From positions 30,755 to 94,754 of the IMG/VR virus record IMGVR_UViG_3300021256_000079: a stretch of DNA of 64,000 nt. One strand, written 5' to 3'. This DNA is from a virus (taxonomy: Duplodnaviria > Caudoviricetes). The notes under the pieces are model-generated. The model saw nothing but the letters and a program-made list of their open reading frames with translations. It made no database searches and was not told the origin of the DNA. Below, piece by piece: positions 25,765-34,693 of the stretch. The translations under genes were made by a program, and so were the position numbers. Every line of letters starts with the position of its first letter. Within the stretch, counting starts at the first letter, position 1.

Positions 25765-26940
25765 ATGGAAATAGAACTTTTTGAGCATCAGAAAGAAGCA
25801 CTTAAAAAGCTGCATCCTGGCTCCATCCTTTGTGGTGGAGTCGGGAGCGGCAAAAGTATTACTGGGATTGCCTATTATATTCTAAGTGAAGTCGAGAATG
25901 TCAAAACACCTCCGAATCTATACATCATAACAACAGCTAGGAAAAGAGATACATTAGAATGGGATCATGAATGTGCTAGATTCGGACTTAGTAGATATTC
26001 TGATTGCAGTATCTATGGAATTCAAGTAGTCATAGATAGCTGGAACAACATTCAGAAATACATAGATGTCAAAAATTCGTTCTTTATATTTGATGAGCAA
26101 AGAGTTGTCGGTTATGGTACATGGGTTAAGAGTTTCTTAAAAATCACAAAAGCTAATCGGTGGATTCTTCTTAGTGCTACACCAGGTGATACCTGGATGG
26201 ATTATGTGCCTGTCTTTATAGCAAACGGTTTCTATAAGAATAAAACCGAATTTTGTAGAAGACACGTCATTTATAATCGTTTTGCCAAGTATCCACAGGT
26301 TAGTCGCTATGTTGAAGAGAAACGACTCAACAAACTGAGGAATGATATTTTAGTCACTATGGAATTTCAAAGAGAAACTGTTCAACATCATGAACGGGTT
26401 GTTGTTCGGTTTGATAAATTCACATATGACAACACTATGAGAGATAGGTGGAATCCCTATACAGATGCACCAATACAGCAGGCTAGTGAATTATGCCAAG
26501 TTCTAAGAAAGATTGTTGGCTCTTCACCTGAAAGATTCGAAGAGGTAAAAGCCATACTCGAAAAGCATCCTAAGGTAATTATATTTTACAACTATGATTA
26601 TGAGCTTGAGATTCTTAGAAAACTTCCAACTGTTTTAGCCGAATGGAATGGACATAAGCATGATCCAATTCCTACTGGTGATCATTGGGCATATCTTGTT
26701 CAGTATTCGGCAGGTGCTGAAGGATGGAATTGTACAACTACTGACACTATTATATTTTACTCCGAGAGCTATAGCTATAAGGCTATGATTCAAGCTGCTG
26801 GAAGAATTGATAGATTGAACACACCATACATAGATCTGTGGTATTACCATTTGGTTAGCATGAGTAAAATTGATATTGCCATTGCAAGAGCTCTTAGGAA
26901 TAAAAAGAATTTCAATGAGTCGGCTTTTGCTGCCTCGTAG
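25765..26940 (+). CDS. SF2 (SNF2-like) DNA helicase
   Basis: GGVGSGKS, FDE, LSATP, QAAGRIDR. Confidence 0.88.
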   Translation: MEIELFEHQKEALKKLHPGSILCGGVGSGKSITGIAYYILSEVENVKTPPNLYIITTARKRDTLEWDHECARFGLSRYSDCSIYGIQVVIDSWNNIQKYIDVKNSFFIFDEQRVVGYGTWVKSFLKITKANRWILLSATPGDTWMDYVPVFIANGFYKNKTEFCRRHVIYNRFAKYPQVSRYVEEKRLNKLRNDILVTMEFQRETVQHHERVVVRFDKFTYDNTMRDRWNPYTDAPIQQASELCQVLRKIVGSSPERFEEVKAILEKHPKVIIFYNYDYELEILRKLPTVLAEWNGHKHDPIPTGDHWAYLVQYSAGAEGWNCTTTDTIIFYSESYSYKAMIQAAGRIDRLNTPYIDLWYYHLVSMSKIDIAIARALRNKKNFNESAFAAS

Positions 26941-26960
26941 CGAAATTTATATTTTTAGCC

Positions 26961-26987
26961 TCGCGCAAAAAACATGGACTGTAATGG
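26961..26987 (+). promoter_or_regulatory. Promoter-like motif, copy 12 (upstream of the RNAP operon)
   Basis: TCGCGCAAAAAACATGGACTGTAATGG followed by hairpins. Confidence 0.75.
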
Positions 26988-27095
26988 AAGGAGAGGAGAA
27001 TGCCTTTTTTAGGCGTTCAAATCTCCTATTTTTGTTCTAATCTCGTAGATTAGAACATGGTTTGTTCATTTTTCTCATTTTTGGAGGGACCACCA

Positions 27096-27392
27096 ATGTC
27101 TAAAAACGAGAATGACTTTCAATACAAACTTATCAAAAAGATCAAAGAAATGTTTCCTGGATGCATAGTCATGAAAAACGATCCGAATTATATTCAGGGC
27201 ATTCCAGATCTGACTATTCTATGGAAAGACAAATGGGCTCTCCTCGAATGCAAAAAAGAAAGTGATGCTAGAAGAAGACCAAATCAGGCGTTTTATATTC
27301 GTTTAGCAAACGAATCATCATTTGGTCGTTTTGTATACCCAGAAAACGAGGAGGAAGTTTTACATGATCTTCAACAAGCATTTAGAGCTTGA
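27096..27392 (+). CDS. VRR-NUC nuclease / Holliday junction resolvase-like
   Basis: E..FQ, GIPDL, LECK, PNQ motifs. Confidence 0.8.
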   Translation: MSKNENDFQYKLIKKIKEMFPGCIVMKNDPNYIQGIPDLTILWKDKWALLECKKESDARRRPNQAFYIRLANESSFGRFVYPENEEEVLHDLQQAFRA

Positions 27393-27993
27393 AGGGAGAC
27401 ACGCCTTACTTAGCCCAAGTAAGCACTATTGGATGAACTATGACGATGATGCATTAATCAAGAATTATATTTCATCGTTTGCAACGGACATCGGAACATT
27501 AGTTCATGAATTCGCTGCTGATAGGATCCAATACAAAATACCGTTAGATGCCGAGAATGAAGAAGCTAAGAACTCGCTTCTTATATTTTTGCTCAAAAAC
27601 GGCATCCCATTCAAGGTAATAGACTTGGATCGTATTTTTTATAATCTTGTGCCATATGTTAACGATGCAATTGGTTACAAGATGGAGAGTGAAGTGCGGC
27701 TGAAATATTCAGACCTCTGTTTTGGCACAGCAGATGCGATCGGTGTTCGGCGGAATTGGCTTCGGATTCATGACTTGAAGACCGGACAGACTCCGGCAAG
27801 CATGGATCAAGTGATGTGCTACGCCGGTTTATTTTTTCTTGAGTATAAGAGAGATTATCGTCCGCAAACTATGAAGGTGGAACTTCGCATCTACCAGAAT
27901 CAAGAGATTCTAATCGCCCAGCCTTCTTCTGAAGAGATAAAGGCTGTTATGGATACAATCATTCATGGCGATTCTGTGTTAACAAAAATGTAA
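27364..27993 (+). CDS. PD-(D/E)xK (Cas4/RecB-like) exonuclease
   Basis: HALLSPS, GTLVHE, GTADA, IHDLKTG, QVMCYA. Confidence 0.8.
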   Translation: MIFNKHLELEGRHALLSPSKHYWMNYDDDALIKNYISSFATDIGTLVHEFAADRIQYKIPLDAENEEAKNSLLIFLLKNGIPFKVIDLDRIFYNLVPYVNDAIGYKMESEVRLKYSDLCFGTADAIGVRRNWLRIHDLKTGQTPASMDQVMCYAGLFFLEYKRDYRPQTMKVELRIYQNQEILIAQPSSEEIKAVMDTIIHGDSVLTKM

Positions 27994-28008
27994 TGGAGGT
28001 ATGAAGCA

Positions 28009-30807
28009 ATGGATTACCAAGATCGGAATGATGTGTACATGGACGAATTATATTTGTCCGATAGTGCATATCTCGAACACTATGGAACGCCTCGGCATTC
28101 TGGACGTTATCCATGGGGTTCTGGCGACAATCCTTATCAGAGACATGCCGATTTTCTGGCAAATTACTATAAATTGAAGGATAAGGGTTTGAGTCCAACC
28201 GAAATTGCTCGAAGTATGAACATGACCACATCGGTTCTTCGTGCTAAGGTCTCCTATGCTAACGATACTCTTAGGAGAGAAAGAGCTTCTCAGGCAATGA
28301 AGCTCAAAGAAAAGGGATATTCTAATACTGCAATAGCCAAAAGAATGAATTTGCCTAACGAAAGCTCAGTTCGAGCCCTTCTTAAAGAGAAGAGTGATAT
28401 TCGTGCTCAGCAGACAGAAAATTTGATGAAAGTTCTTAAGGCAACAGTTGAGGAAAAGAAGTATGTCGATGTTGGTGGTGGTTCCGAACTTCGGCTTAAT
28501 GTCAGTGAGACAAAATTGAAGAATGCATGTGTTCTTCTTGAAGAAGAAGGATATAAAATAACCACATTTAAAACACAGCAAGCTGGAACTCCTTATAAAA
28601 CCACGATTAAGGTGCTTACAAAGGCTGATGTTCCGAGATCGGAAATCAACCAACATCGTGGTGATATTGCTATTCCTAATTATTATTCAGAAGATCATGG
28701 TTTTACACTTAATAAAGTCGAGAGACCTGTTCCAGTAGATGGAAGCCGCATTTATATTCGCTATGGTGAAGAAGGCGGAAAAGAACGGGATGGCACAATT
28801 GAACTTCGTCGTGGTGTGGAAGATCTTGATTTGCATAATGCATTATATGCTCAGGTGAGAATTGCCGCAAAACAGCCTGGAACCGAAGGTGATGGAACAC
28901 ATTACCTTAAAGGCATGGCCTTATATGGAGACGATAAGGATTTTCCTCCTGGAGTCGACATTATATTTAACACCAAGAAACCTAAGGGAACAGAGATATT
29001 TGGTAAAGACACAGACACATCAGTGTTGAAACCAATCAAAGAAACAGCCGATCCTGACAACCCATTCGGAGCAACCATCAAAGACGATGTAGATCTCATA
29101 AAAGCACAGAGACATTATATTGGTGCCGATGGTGAAAAACATCTTTCAGCACTTAATATTGTCAATGAGGAAGGTAACTGGAACGAATGGTCTAGAACTC
29201 TTTCTAGTCAGTTCTTAGCAAAGCAGAATCCTTCACTTATTCGTAGTCAGCTTAAAGAAGCATATGATATGCGCAAAGAAGAATTCGATGAAATTGGTAA
29301 AATGACCAATCCGGCTGTTCGTAAGAAATTATATTCTTCATTCGCCGATGACTGTGATTCAGCAGCTGTTCATCTTAAAGGTGCTTCAATGCCAAGACAA
29401 AGGAGCCAAGTTATATTACCGATGCCTTGGCTAAAGGAAGACGAAGTGTATGCTCCAAATTTCCATGATGGAGAAACTGTAGTTCTCATTAGATATCCTC
29501 ATTCTGGTACTTTTGAGATCCCGGAATTGAAGGTTAACAATCGAGATCCTAAAGCTAAAGAGATATTAAAGACTCCCGATGGAAGAGATGCCATGGATGC
29601 TATAGGTATTCATCCAGCAGCTGCACAAAAACTGTCTGGTGCTGATTTCGATGGCGATACAGTTTTGGTTATTCCTAACAATGATCGAAGAATTCGTAGT
29701 ACACCTCTTATGGAGTCTCTTAGAAACTTCGATCCTGACATGTATCAGCTTCCACATGATGCACCTAAGGTTGATGCTAAGCATGGCTTTCATAAGCAGC
29801 AAGAAATGGGTAAGGTTTCTAACCTTATTACAGACATGACTATTAAAGGTGCCGATCTTGAAGAGATAGCTCGTGCTGTTAAACACTCAATGGTAGTCAT
29901 CGATGCTGAAAAGCATCACCTTGACTGGAGAAAGTCATTTGAGGACAATGGTATTGCTGAACTTAAGACTAAATACCAAGGTAGAGCTGATGCTGGTGCA
30001 TCTACTCTTATTTCCAGATCTAAGGGTCAAGCACATCCTTTGGATCGAAAGCTCTTAACTAATCCTAAGCTCATGACTAAGGAGCAAAGAGAACGTTTCT
30101 ACAACGGTGAGAATATTTATGTAGAAACTGGACGAACCAGAATCGATAGGAAGACAGGCAAAGAGGTACCAATTCGCATATCCTCCACGAAGATGGCTGA
30201 AGCCAAAGATGCTTTCGAACTATCATCTGGCACTCTTCAGGAAACAATTTATGCAAATTTTGCAAATCGTCTTAAGAATTTAGCAAATGAAGCTAGAAAA
30301 GCTGCCTTATTTACAGAGCCTGACAAGTACAATCCTTCTGCAAAGAAAGCATATGCTGCTGAAGTCGACTCTCTTAACAAAAAGCTATATTTGGCAGAGC
30401 TTAATCGTCCTCTTGAAAGAAAAGCACAGCTTCTTATGGCCCAGAAACTTCGTGCATATATGCAAGAGAACGACGATATGACAAGCGATGAAATAAAGAA
30501 GCTTAGAGGTAGACTTATCAAAGAAGCCAGAGCTTCTGTTGGCGCAAAAAAAGATCCTGTAGAGATTACAGATCGAGAATGGGAAGCCATCCAAGCACAT
30601 GCTGTGTCATATAATACACTGACAAAAATTCTTAATAACAGTGACATGGACCATATTAAGCAACTTTCCATGCCTAGAAACACTCCTGTCATGTCTGAAG
30701 CTAAGATTGCAAGAGCCAAGAACATGATGAATCAGGGTCGAACTAGAGAAGAGGTTGCTGAAGCCTTGAATGTCTCCATATCTACACTGCTCAAAGCTAT
30801 GCTGTAA
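28009..30807 (+). CDS. Phage DNA-directed RNA polymerase (double-psi beta-barrel, DFDGD type) with HTH domains
   Basis: RYPH and LSGADFDGD catalytic motif; N- and C-terminal HTHs; N-terminal LEHYG..WG tag. Confidence 0.85.
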   Translation: MDYQDRNDVYMDELYLSDSAYLEHYGTPRHSGRYPWGSGDNPYQRHADFLANYYKLKDKGLSPTEIARSMNMTTSVLRAKVSYANDTLRRERASQAMKLKEKGYSNTAIAKRMNLPNESSVRALLKEKSDIRAQQTENLMKVLKATVEEKKYVDVGGGSELRLNVSETKLKNACVLLEEEGYKITTFKTQQAGTPYKTTIKVLTKADVPRSEINQHRGDIAIPNYYSEDHGFTLNKVERPVPVDGSRIYIRYGEEGGKERDGTIELRRGVEDLDLHNALYAQVRIAAKQPGTEGDGTHYLKGMALYGDDKDFPPGVDIIFNTKKPKGTEIFGKDTDTSVLKPIKETADPDNPFGATIKDDVDLIKAQRHYIGADGEKHLSALNIVNEEGNWNEWSRTLSSQFLAKQNPSLIRSQLKEAYDMRKEEFDEIGKMTNPAVRKKLYSSFADDCDSAAVHLKGASMPRQRSQVILPMPWLKEDEVYAPNFHDGETVVLIRYPHSGTFEIPELKVNNRDPKAKEILKTPDGRDAMDAIGIHPAAAQKLSGADFDGDTVLVIPNNDRRIRSTPLMESLRNFDPDMYQLPHDAPKVDAKHGFHKQQEMGKVSNLITDMTIKGADLEEIARAVKHSMVVIDAEKHHLDWRKSFEDNGIAELKTKYQGRADAGASTLISRSKGQAHPLDRKLLTNPKLMTKEQRERFYNGENIYVETGRTRIDRKTGKEVPIRISSTKMAEAKDAFELSSGTLQETIYANFANRLKNLANEARKAALFTEPDKYNPSAKKAYAAEVDSLNKKLYLAELNRPLERKAQLLMAQKLRAYMQENDDMTSDEIKKLRGRLIKEARASVGAKKDPVEITDREWEAIQAHAVSYNTLTKILNNSDMDHIKQLSMPRNTPVMSEAKIARAKNMMNQGRTREEVAEALNVSISTLLKAML

Positions 30808-30860
30808 GTGTAAGGTATAGAGACTCAAGGCTTTTTGATCGCAAACAAGGAGGTTTTGGT

Positions 30861-31127
30861 ATGGACACAATTGCTTACTCCGAAGTCGCCTTGAGCACAT
30901 CAGACAATCCGTATAGTCCTCTTACAGACTATGATAGTTGGTATGCCTATGATCATCAGAAAGGCTACAATACTTCTGAATACCTTGCACGAATTGTGAG
31001 AACAACCAATGAGTATGGTGACAATACATATTTGGAAGACATTGAGAGAGCAATAGATGAAGCTGTTCTTCTCAATCTAATCTCATGGACTCATGAAGGT
31101 GTCTCTTACATTAAAGTTGTTGCCTAA
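30861..31127 (+). CDS. Conserved phage protein downstream of RNAP
   Basis: LSTSDNPYSP..W..YD..KGY.T..YLAR. Confidence 0.75.
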   Translation: MDTIAYSEVALSTSDNPYSPLTDYDSWYAYDHQKGYNTSEYLARIVRTTNEYGDNTYLEDIERAIDEAVLLNLISWTHEGVSYIKVVA

Positions 31128-31295
31128 CTAATCCAACTAAACACTGAACTCATGGCTCTTCAAAGCTGTGACATGTTTAAAAGTCTTACTAATGATTGAG
31201 CTTCAATGGTCAAAGTCTAAGAAACTTTAAGAAACTGAATTCAATTATGACTAAATAAAACATGACATGGCTGAATAAAATAAAAAATTCAAATA

Positions 31296-31365
31296 GGGGG
31301 GAGGGTGTCGCCAAAAATGCCCTCCCCCTTGAATCGCGCCGGTCTTATATTTTTCCCCGGGGGTT
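31296..31365. other. Putative cos / genome-end region
   Basis: G/C hairpin AGGGGGGAGGG..CCCTCCCCCT, then CGCCGGTCT (31337-31345) and CCCCGGGG palindrome, in the non-coding gap before the packaging genes. Confidence 0.6.
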
Positions 31366-31612
31366 ATATTTGGCTTTTTCCCTTCGTATGAAGGAGCACT
31401 TGCTGAATTTTTTTGGTGAGTGAAGCGACATGTACTTTTGAAACGAGTGTCGGATTTATTTCCTGTCCAGATACTGGTCCCATCTGTACTCCTTTCAGAG
31501 TCCGGCACTCCTTTCAAAAGTACATTCAAACTATACAAAAACGATATTTATCGAGTTATGGAACCGACAGCAAAAGCATACGGAACCAGATCTAAAGTGA
31601 GGTGAAAGGCGC

Positions 31613-31957
31613 ATGGCTGTCAGTAAGAAAAATTCAAGCGGAACAGTTCAGCGCAAATTCGCACCTGCTACAGATACTGAAGCTCGAGAGAATCAGCTCA
31701 TTAGTCTTGCTGTCGATGCTGCTGAACGAGAGTTACTGAAAGATAATCCATCGAACCAAGTTGTTCTTCATTTCTTAAAGTTGGGTACAACAAAGTTGCA
31801 GCTGGAGAAAGAAAAACTTAGAAGAGAGAATTTACTTCTTGAGGCTAAGGCAAATGCTATTGAGGCTTCTGCTAGAACAGAGGAGCTTTACCAGAATGCA
31901 ATAGATGCAATGCGGATTTATTCGGGTTCTTTGAATCGAGGCGATGAGTTTGAATAA
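31613..31957 (+). CDS. Probable terminase small subunit
   Basis: First gene after the putative cos, helical, precedes HNH; positional inference. Confidence 0.5.
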   Translation: MAVSKKNSSGTVQRKFAPATDTEARENQLISLAVDAAERELLKDNPSNQVVLHFLKLGTTKLQLEKEKLRRENLLLEAKANAIEASARTEELYQNAIDAMRIYSGSLNRGDEFE

Positions 31958-32366
31958 TCTCAGGTGCTATAGAGAACTCATTAGACTAAAAACTTTCGAT
32001 GAAAGATTCGAGTACTTAAAACTAAAGGGAATTGTTGGAGAAGCAACTTTTGGGTATGACCGATATTTAAATCAACTGCTATACACATCAGGTGAGTGGC
32101 GGAGAATTAGACGAGACATTATTCTTAGGGACAATGGATGCGATCTTGCTGTTAAAGGATACGATATTCCAGACATTATTATAGTACACCATATGAATCC
32201 AATAAGTGTTGAAGACTTAATAGACTTTTCTGAGGACGTTATTAATCCTGAGTATCTAATTTGTGTTTCACATGATACCCATAATGCTATTCATTACGGA
32301 GATAAAGGTCTCCTGACTAGAGAACCAATAGAAAGAAAACCGGGTGATACATGTCCCTGGAAGTAA
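31944..32366 (+). CDS. HNH endonuclease (packaging associated)
   Basis: RDNGCD, VHHMN, THNAIH. Confidence 0.85.
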   Translation: MSLNNLRCYRELIRLKTFDERFEYLKLKGIVGEATFGYDRYLNQLLYTSGEWRRIRRDIILRDNGCDLAVKGYDIPDIIIVHHMNPISVEDLIDFSEDVINPEYLICVSHDTHNAIHYGDKGLLTREPIERKPGDTCPWK

Positions 32367-32381
32367 TAGGAGGATGCTTAT

Positions 32382-32852
32382 ATGAGTAAGTATGGCTTTA
32401 ATGAAAACGAAGTTAAGAAGACAATCGTAACTATGATCGACAAAGATGGCTTTCATAAAGAGACTGTTTATGACGGTAAGTATGAAGCTGGCAGTACGGC
32501 GGAATTCAATGCTGATGGGTACATTTATGACAATTCTGTTGCTGGAGCAAAAGAAACCGTAATATTTGTAATAAATGTACCGGATAACGTCGAAGTTATC
32601 GGAACTAGTAGTAATACTGATAGTGACTACGAGCTGGATATTGGAGATAATACACAAGATGAGCCAGAGATCGCTATCATGTATCGTTCTTTTACTGTAC
32701 TTCCTACGATACAAGCAGCATGTTATACACAAATATCGACTGACGGCAAAGTTGGTGCAATAGCTCCCGAGCACTTTTATCAGATATACGCTGTTGATTC
32801 AACATCACATAAAGTTCTAAAACGAGTTAAGATAGAACTAACAGAAGACTAA
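32382..32852 (+). CDS. Putative virion protein with MSKYGFNENE N-terminal module
   Basis: First ~32 aa nearly identical to 33065-33484. Confidence 0.7.
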   Translation: MSKYGFNENEVKKTIVTMIDKDGFHKETVYDGKYEAGSTAEFNADGYIYDNSVAGAKETVIFVINVPDNVEVIGTSSNTDSDYELDIGDNTQDEPEIAIMYRSFTVLPTIQAACYTQISTDGKVGAIAPEHFYQIYAVDSTSHKVLKRVKIELTED

Positions 32853-32869
32853 TATGGAGGAACTGACTT

Positions 32870-33046
32870 ATGGAATCATATACGGTCCATGAATTCAAGC
32901 GAGGAGATATTCTTCTTGCTAGTCAGCTTAACGAAATGGATGAACAGATCGCTTCTTTGACAAGAGATGCTCAAGCCGGTGGAGCGTATAAGATTACAGA
33001 AGGTTCCACAGGTATCGAGATATTCGACAATACGACAAACGCCTAA
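32870..33046 (+). CDS. 58-aa hypothetical protein
   Basis: GGAGG RBS; MESYTVHEFKRGDILLASQLNEMD... Confidence 0.6.
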   Translation: MESYTVHEFKRGDILLASQLNEMDEQIASLTRDAQAGGAYKITEGSTGIEIFDNTTNA

Positions 33047-33064
33047 AGAGAGGAGAAAATAGTA

Positions 33065-33484
33065 ATGAGTAAGTATGGGTTTAATGAAAACGAGATAGTT
33101 AAGACCATTATTACAAAGATTGATAAAGATGGTTTTCATAAAAAAGAAGTATTTGAAGGAAACGTTGATGGTGGTTGGAGTTCTTCAGATATTACATATG
33201 CAACTATGACTGTCGCTTCGGGCGGGAGTGCAGTTGAAATGAGTCTTCCGTTTTTAGAAGATTATACTGATGATCATACTGATTTGTCTAAGATTAATAC
33301 TTCTAAAAGATTTTATCAACCAGGTGATGTTGTGACTGTTCTTTTATATAAAGGACAAGCTTGTGCATCATTGTATCCTAACTCGTCTGATAATTATGAA
33401 TTTACGGGAGACATTGAATACGATACTTTTAATAAAACGGTAACCATTTATGGCAATTTTACAGTTACTAATAGCGGAAAGTAA
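33065..33484 (+). CDS. Putative virion protein with MSKYGFNENE N-terminal module
   Basis: Shared N-terminus, different C-terminus. Confidence 0.7.
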   Translation: MSKYGFNENEIVKTIITKIDKDGFHKKEVFEGNVDGGWSSSDITYATMTVASGGSAVEMSLPFLEDYTDDHTDLSKINTSKRFYQPGDVVTVLLYKGQACASLYPNSSDNYEFTGDIEYDTFNKTVTIYGNFTVTNSGK

Positions 33485-33520
33485 TGAACATTTATTTGCC
33501 AACAGAAAGGAGGAGCAGTT

Positions 33521-33886
33521 TTGGAAGAAAGCATTCTTATGACAATAAAGAAGATGCTTGGTCTGGAAGCGGATTACACGCCATTTGATACAGACATCAT
33601 CGTACTTATTAACTCAACTTTGATGACATTGACTCAAGCGGATGTCGGTCCCAAAGAGGGCTTCAAGATCACAGGAATGTCCGAATCCTGGGGCGACTTT
33701 CTGACAAATGAAACGATGCTTGAAGCAGCTAAACAGTTCATTTATATGAAAGTACGGATAATCTTCGATCCGCCATCCAGTTCTATAGTTATGGACGCTC
33801 TTAAGACTCAGTCTGACGAATTGCTCTGGCGCCTTATTGCTCAAGCGGAATCTGTCGAGACTTTCGACTTTATGACGGAGGAATGA
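33521..33886 (+). CDS. Head-tail connector (adaptor) protein
   Basis: SILxTIKKMLG..FDTDII..IN..FDPP..WRL pattern. Confidence 0.7.
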   Translation: MEESILMTIKKMLGLEADYTPFDTDIIVLINSTLMTLTQADVGPKEGFKITGMSESWGDFLTNETMLEAAKQFIYMKVRIIFDPPSSSIVMDALKTQSDELLWRLIAQAESVETFDFMTEE

Positions 33887-33889
33887 CAA

Positions 33890-34087
33890 ATGGCAGAACT
33901 TTCTCTTCCTTTTTTGGCTACAAATGAAGAAGGAATCCCTAGTGGTTGTCCTCAGGGAAATTTGTATCGAGGTCATAGAATTAAAGTTTCTCTGATGTCT
34001 GACCATGAACCTTATGACATGGAAATAATCGAAGAGTCTATTGGTGTAGTTGTTCGTCCAATTAAAGAACAGCGTGGTGATGAATAG
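33890..34087 (+). CDS. Hypothetical protein
   Basis: ORF with RBS. Confidence 0.6.
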   Translation: MAELSLPFLATNEEGIPSGCPQGNLYRGHRIKVSLMSDHEPYDMEIIEESIGVVVRPIKEQRGDE

Positions 34088-34677
34088 TGCTATTCGAGGG
34101 AAACTATTTAGCGCATTACGGAATAAAGGGTCAAAAGTGGGGAGTTAGACGTTTTCAGAACGAAAACGGTTCATATACTCCAGAGGGTAAAGAAAGATAT
34201 GGACGAGACTCGAAAAAAGTTTTTAAATCTCCTGAAGCTCTTTCTAATTACATGAAGAAGATAAAATACAAAGAGTTCGATACATTAATGTCACCAGAAG
34301 AGGTTCAAAAGCAGAAACGAGGTTCTTGCCACGATCAGGTGATGTTTGAAATGAGTCAACTTAGAAAAATGGGTTATGATCCAAAAGCCTGTTTCGTTAT
34401 GGAATACGATAAAAACCAAGGCGGAATGACTCATTCTTTTGTGTATTATCGCGATAATGGTAAGGTGAATTGGATTGAAAACGCTTGGTCCGAGCGTGCT
34501 GGAATCAAATCTTACAATTCTCTTAAAGAGATTAAAAGCGAAATACGTAAAGCTCATTCTTCTGGAGAATATGGAGATATTTCTTCTTTTCCTAAAATTG
34601 TTTTCGGTGAGTTTGACGATTCAGAGCATGTTCCTGGCGAGACTCTTCAAGAATTAGTTGATAAGTGTCTTAAATAA
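34087..34677 (+). CDS. HYG-tag protein with papain/transglutaminase-like cargo
   Basis: LAHYGIKGQKWGVRR; GSCHDQ..THSF..WIE putative Cys-His-Glu triad. Confidence 0.75.
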   Translation: MLFEGNYLAHYGIKGQKWGVRRFQNENGSYTPEGKERYGRDSKKVFKSPEALSNYMKKIKYKEFDTLMSPEEVQKQKRGSCHDQVMFEMSQLRKMGYDPKACFVMEYDKNQGGMTHSFVYYRDNGKVNWIENAWSERAGIKSYNSLKEIKSEIRKAHSSGEYGDISSFPKIVFGEFDDSEHVPGETLQELVDKCLK

Positions 34678-34693
34678 AGGAGGATGTGTTCGA

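Noticed and set aside
27364-27993. Cas4 as part of a CRISPR adaptation module
   Set aside because: It lies in the replication/recombination operon 20 kb from the Cas7-like gene, lacks the Fe-S Cys cluster, and no cas1/cas2 is seen; an ordinary phage PD-(D/E)xK nuclease.
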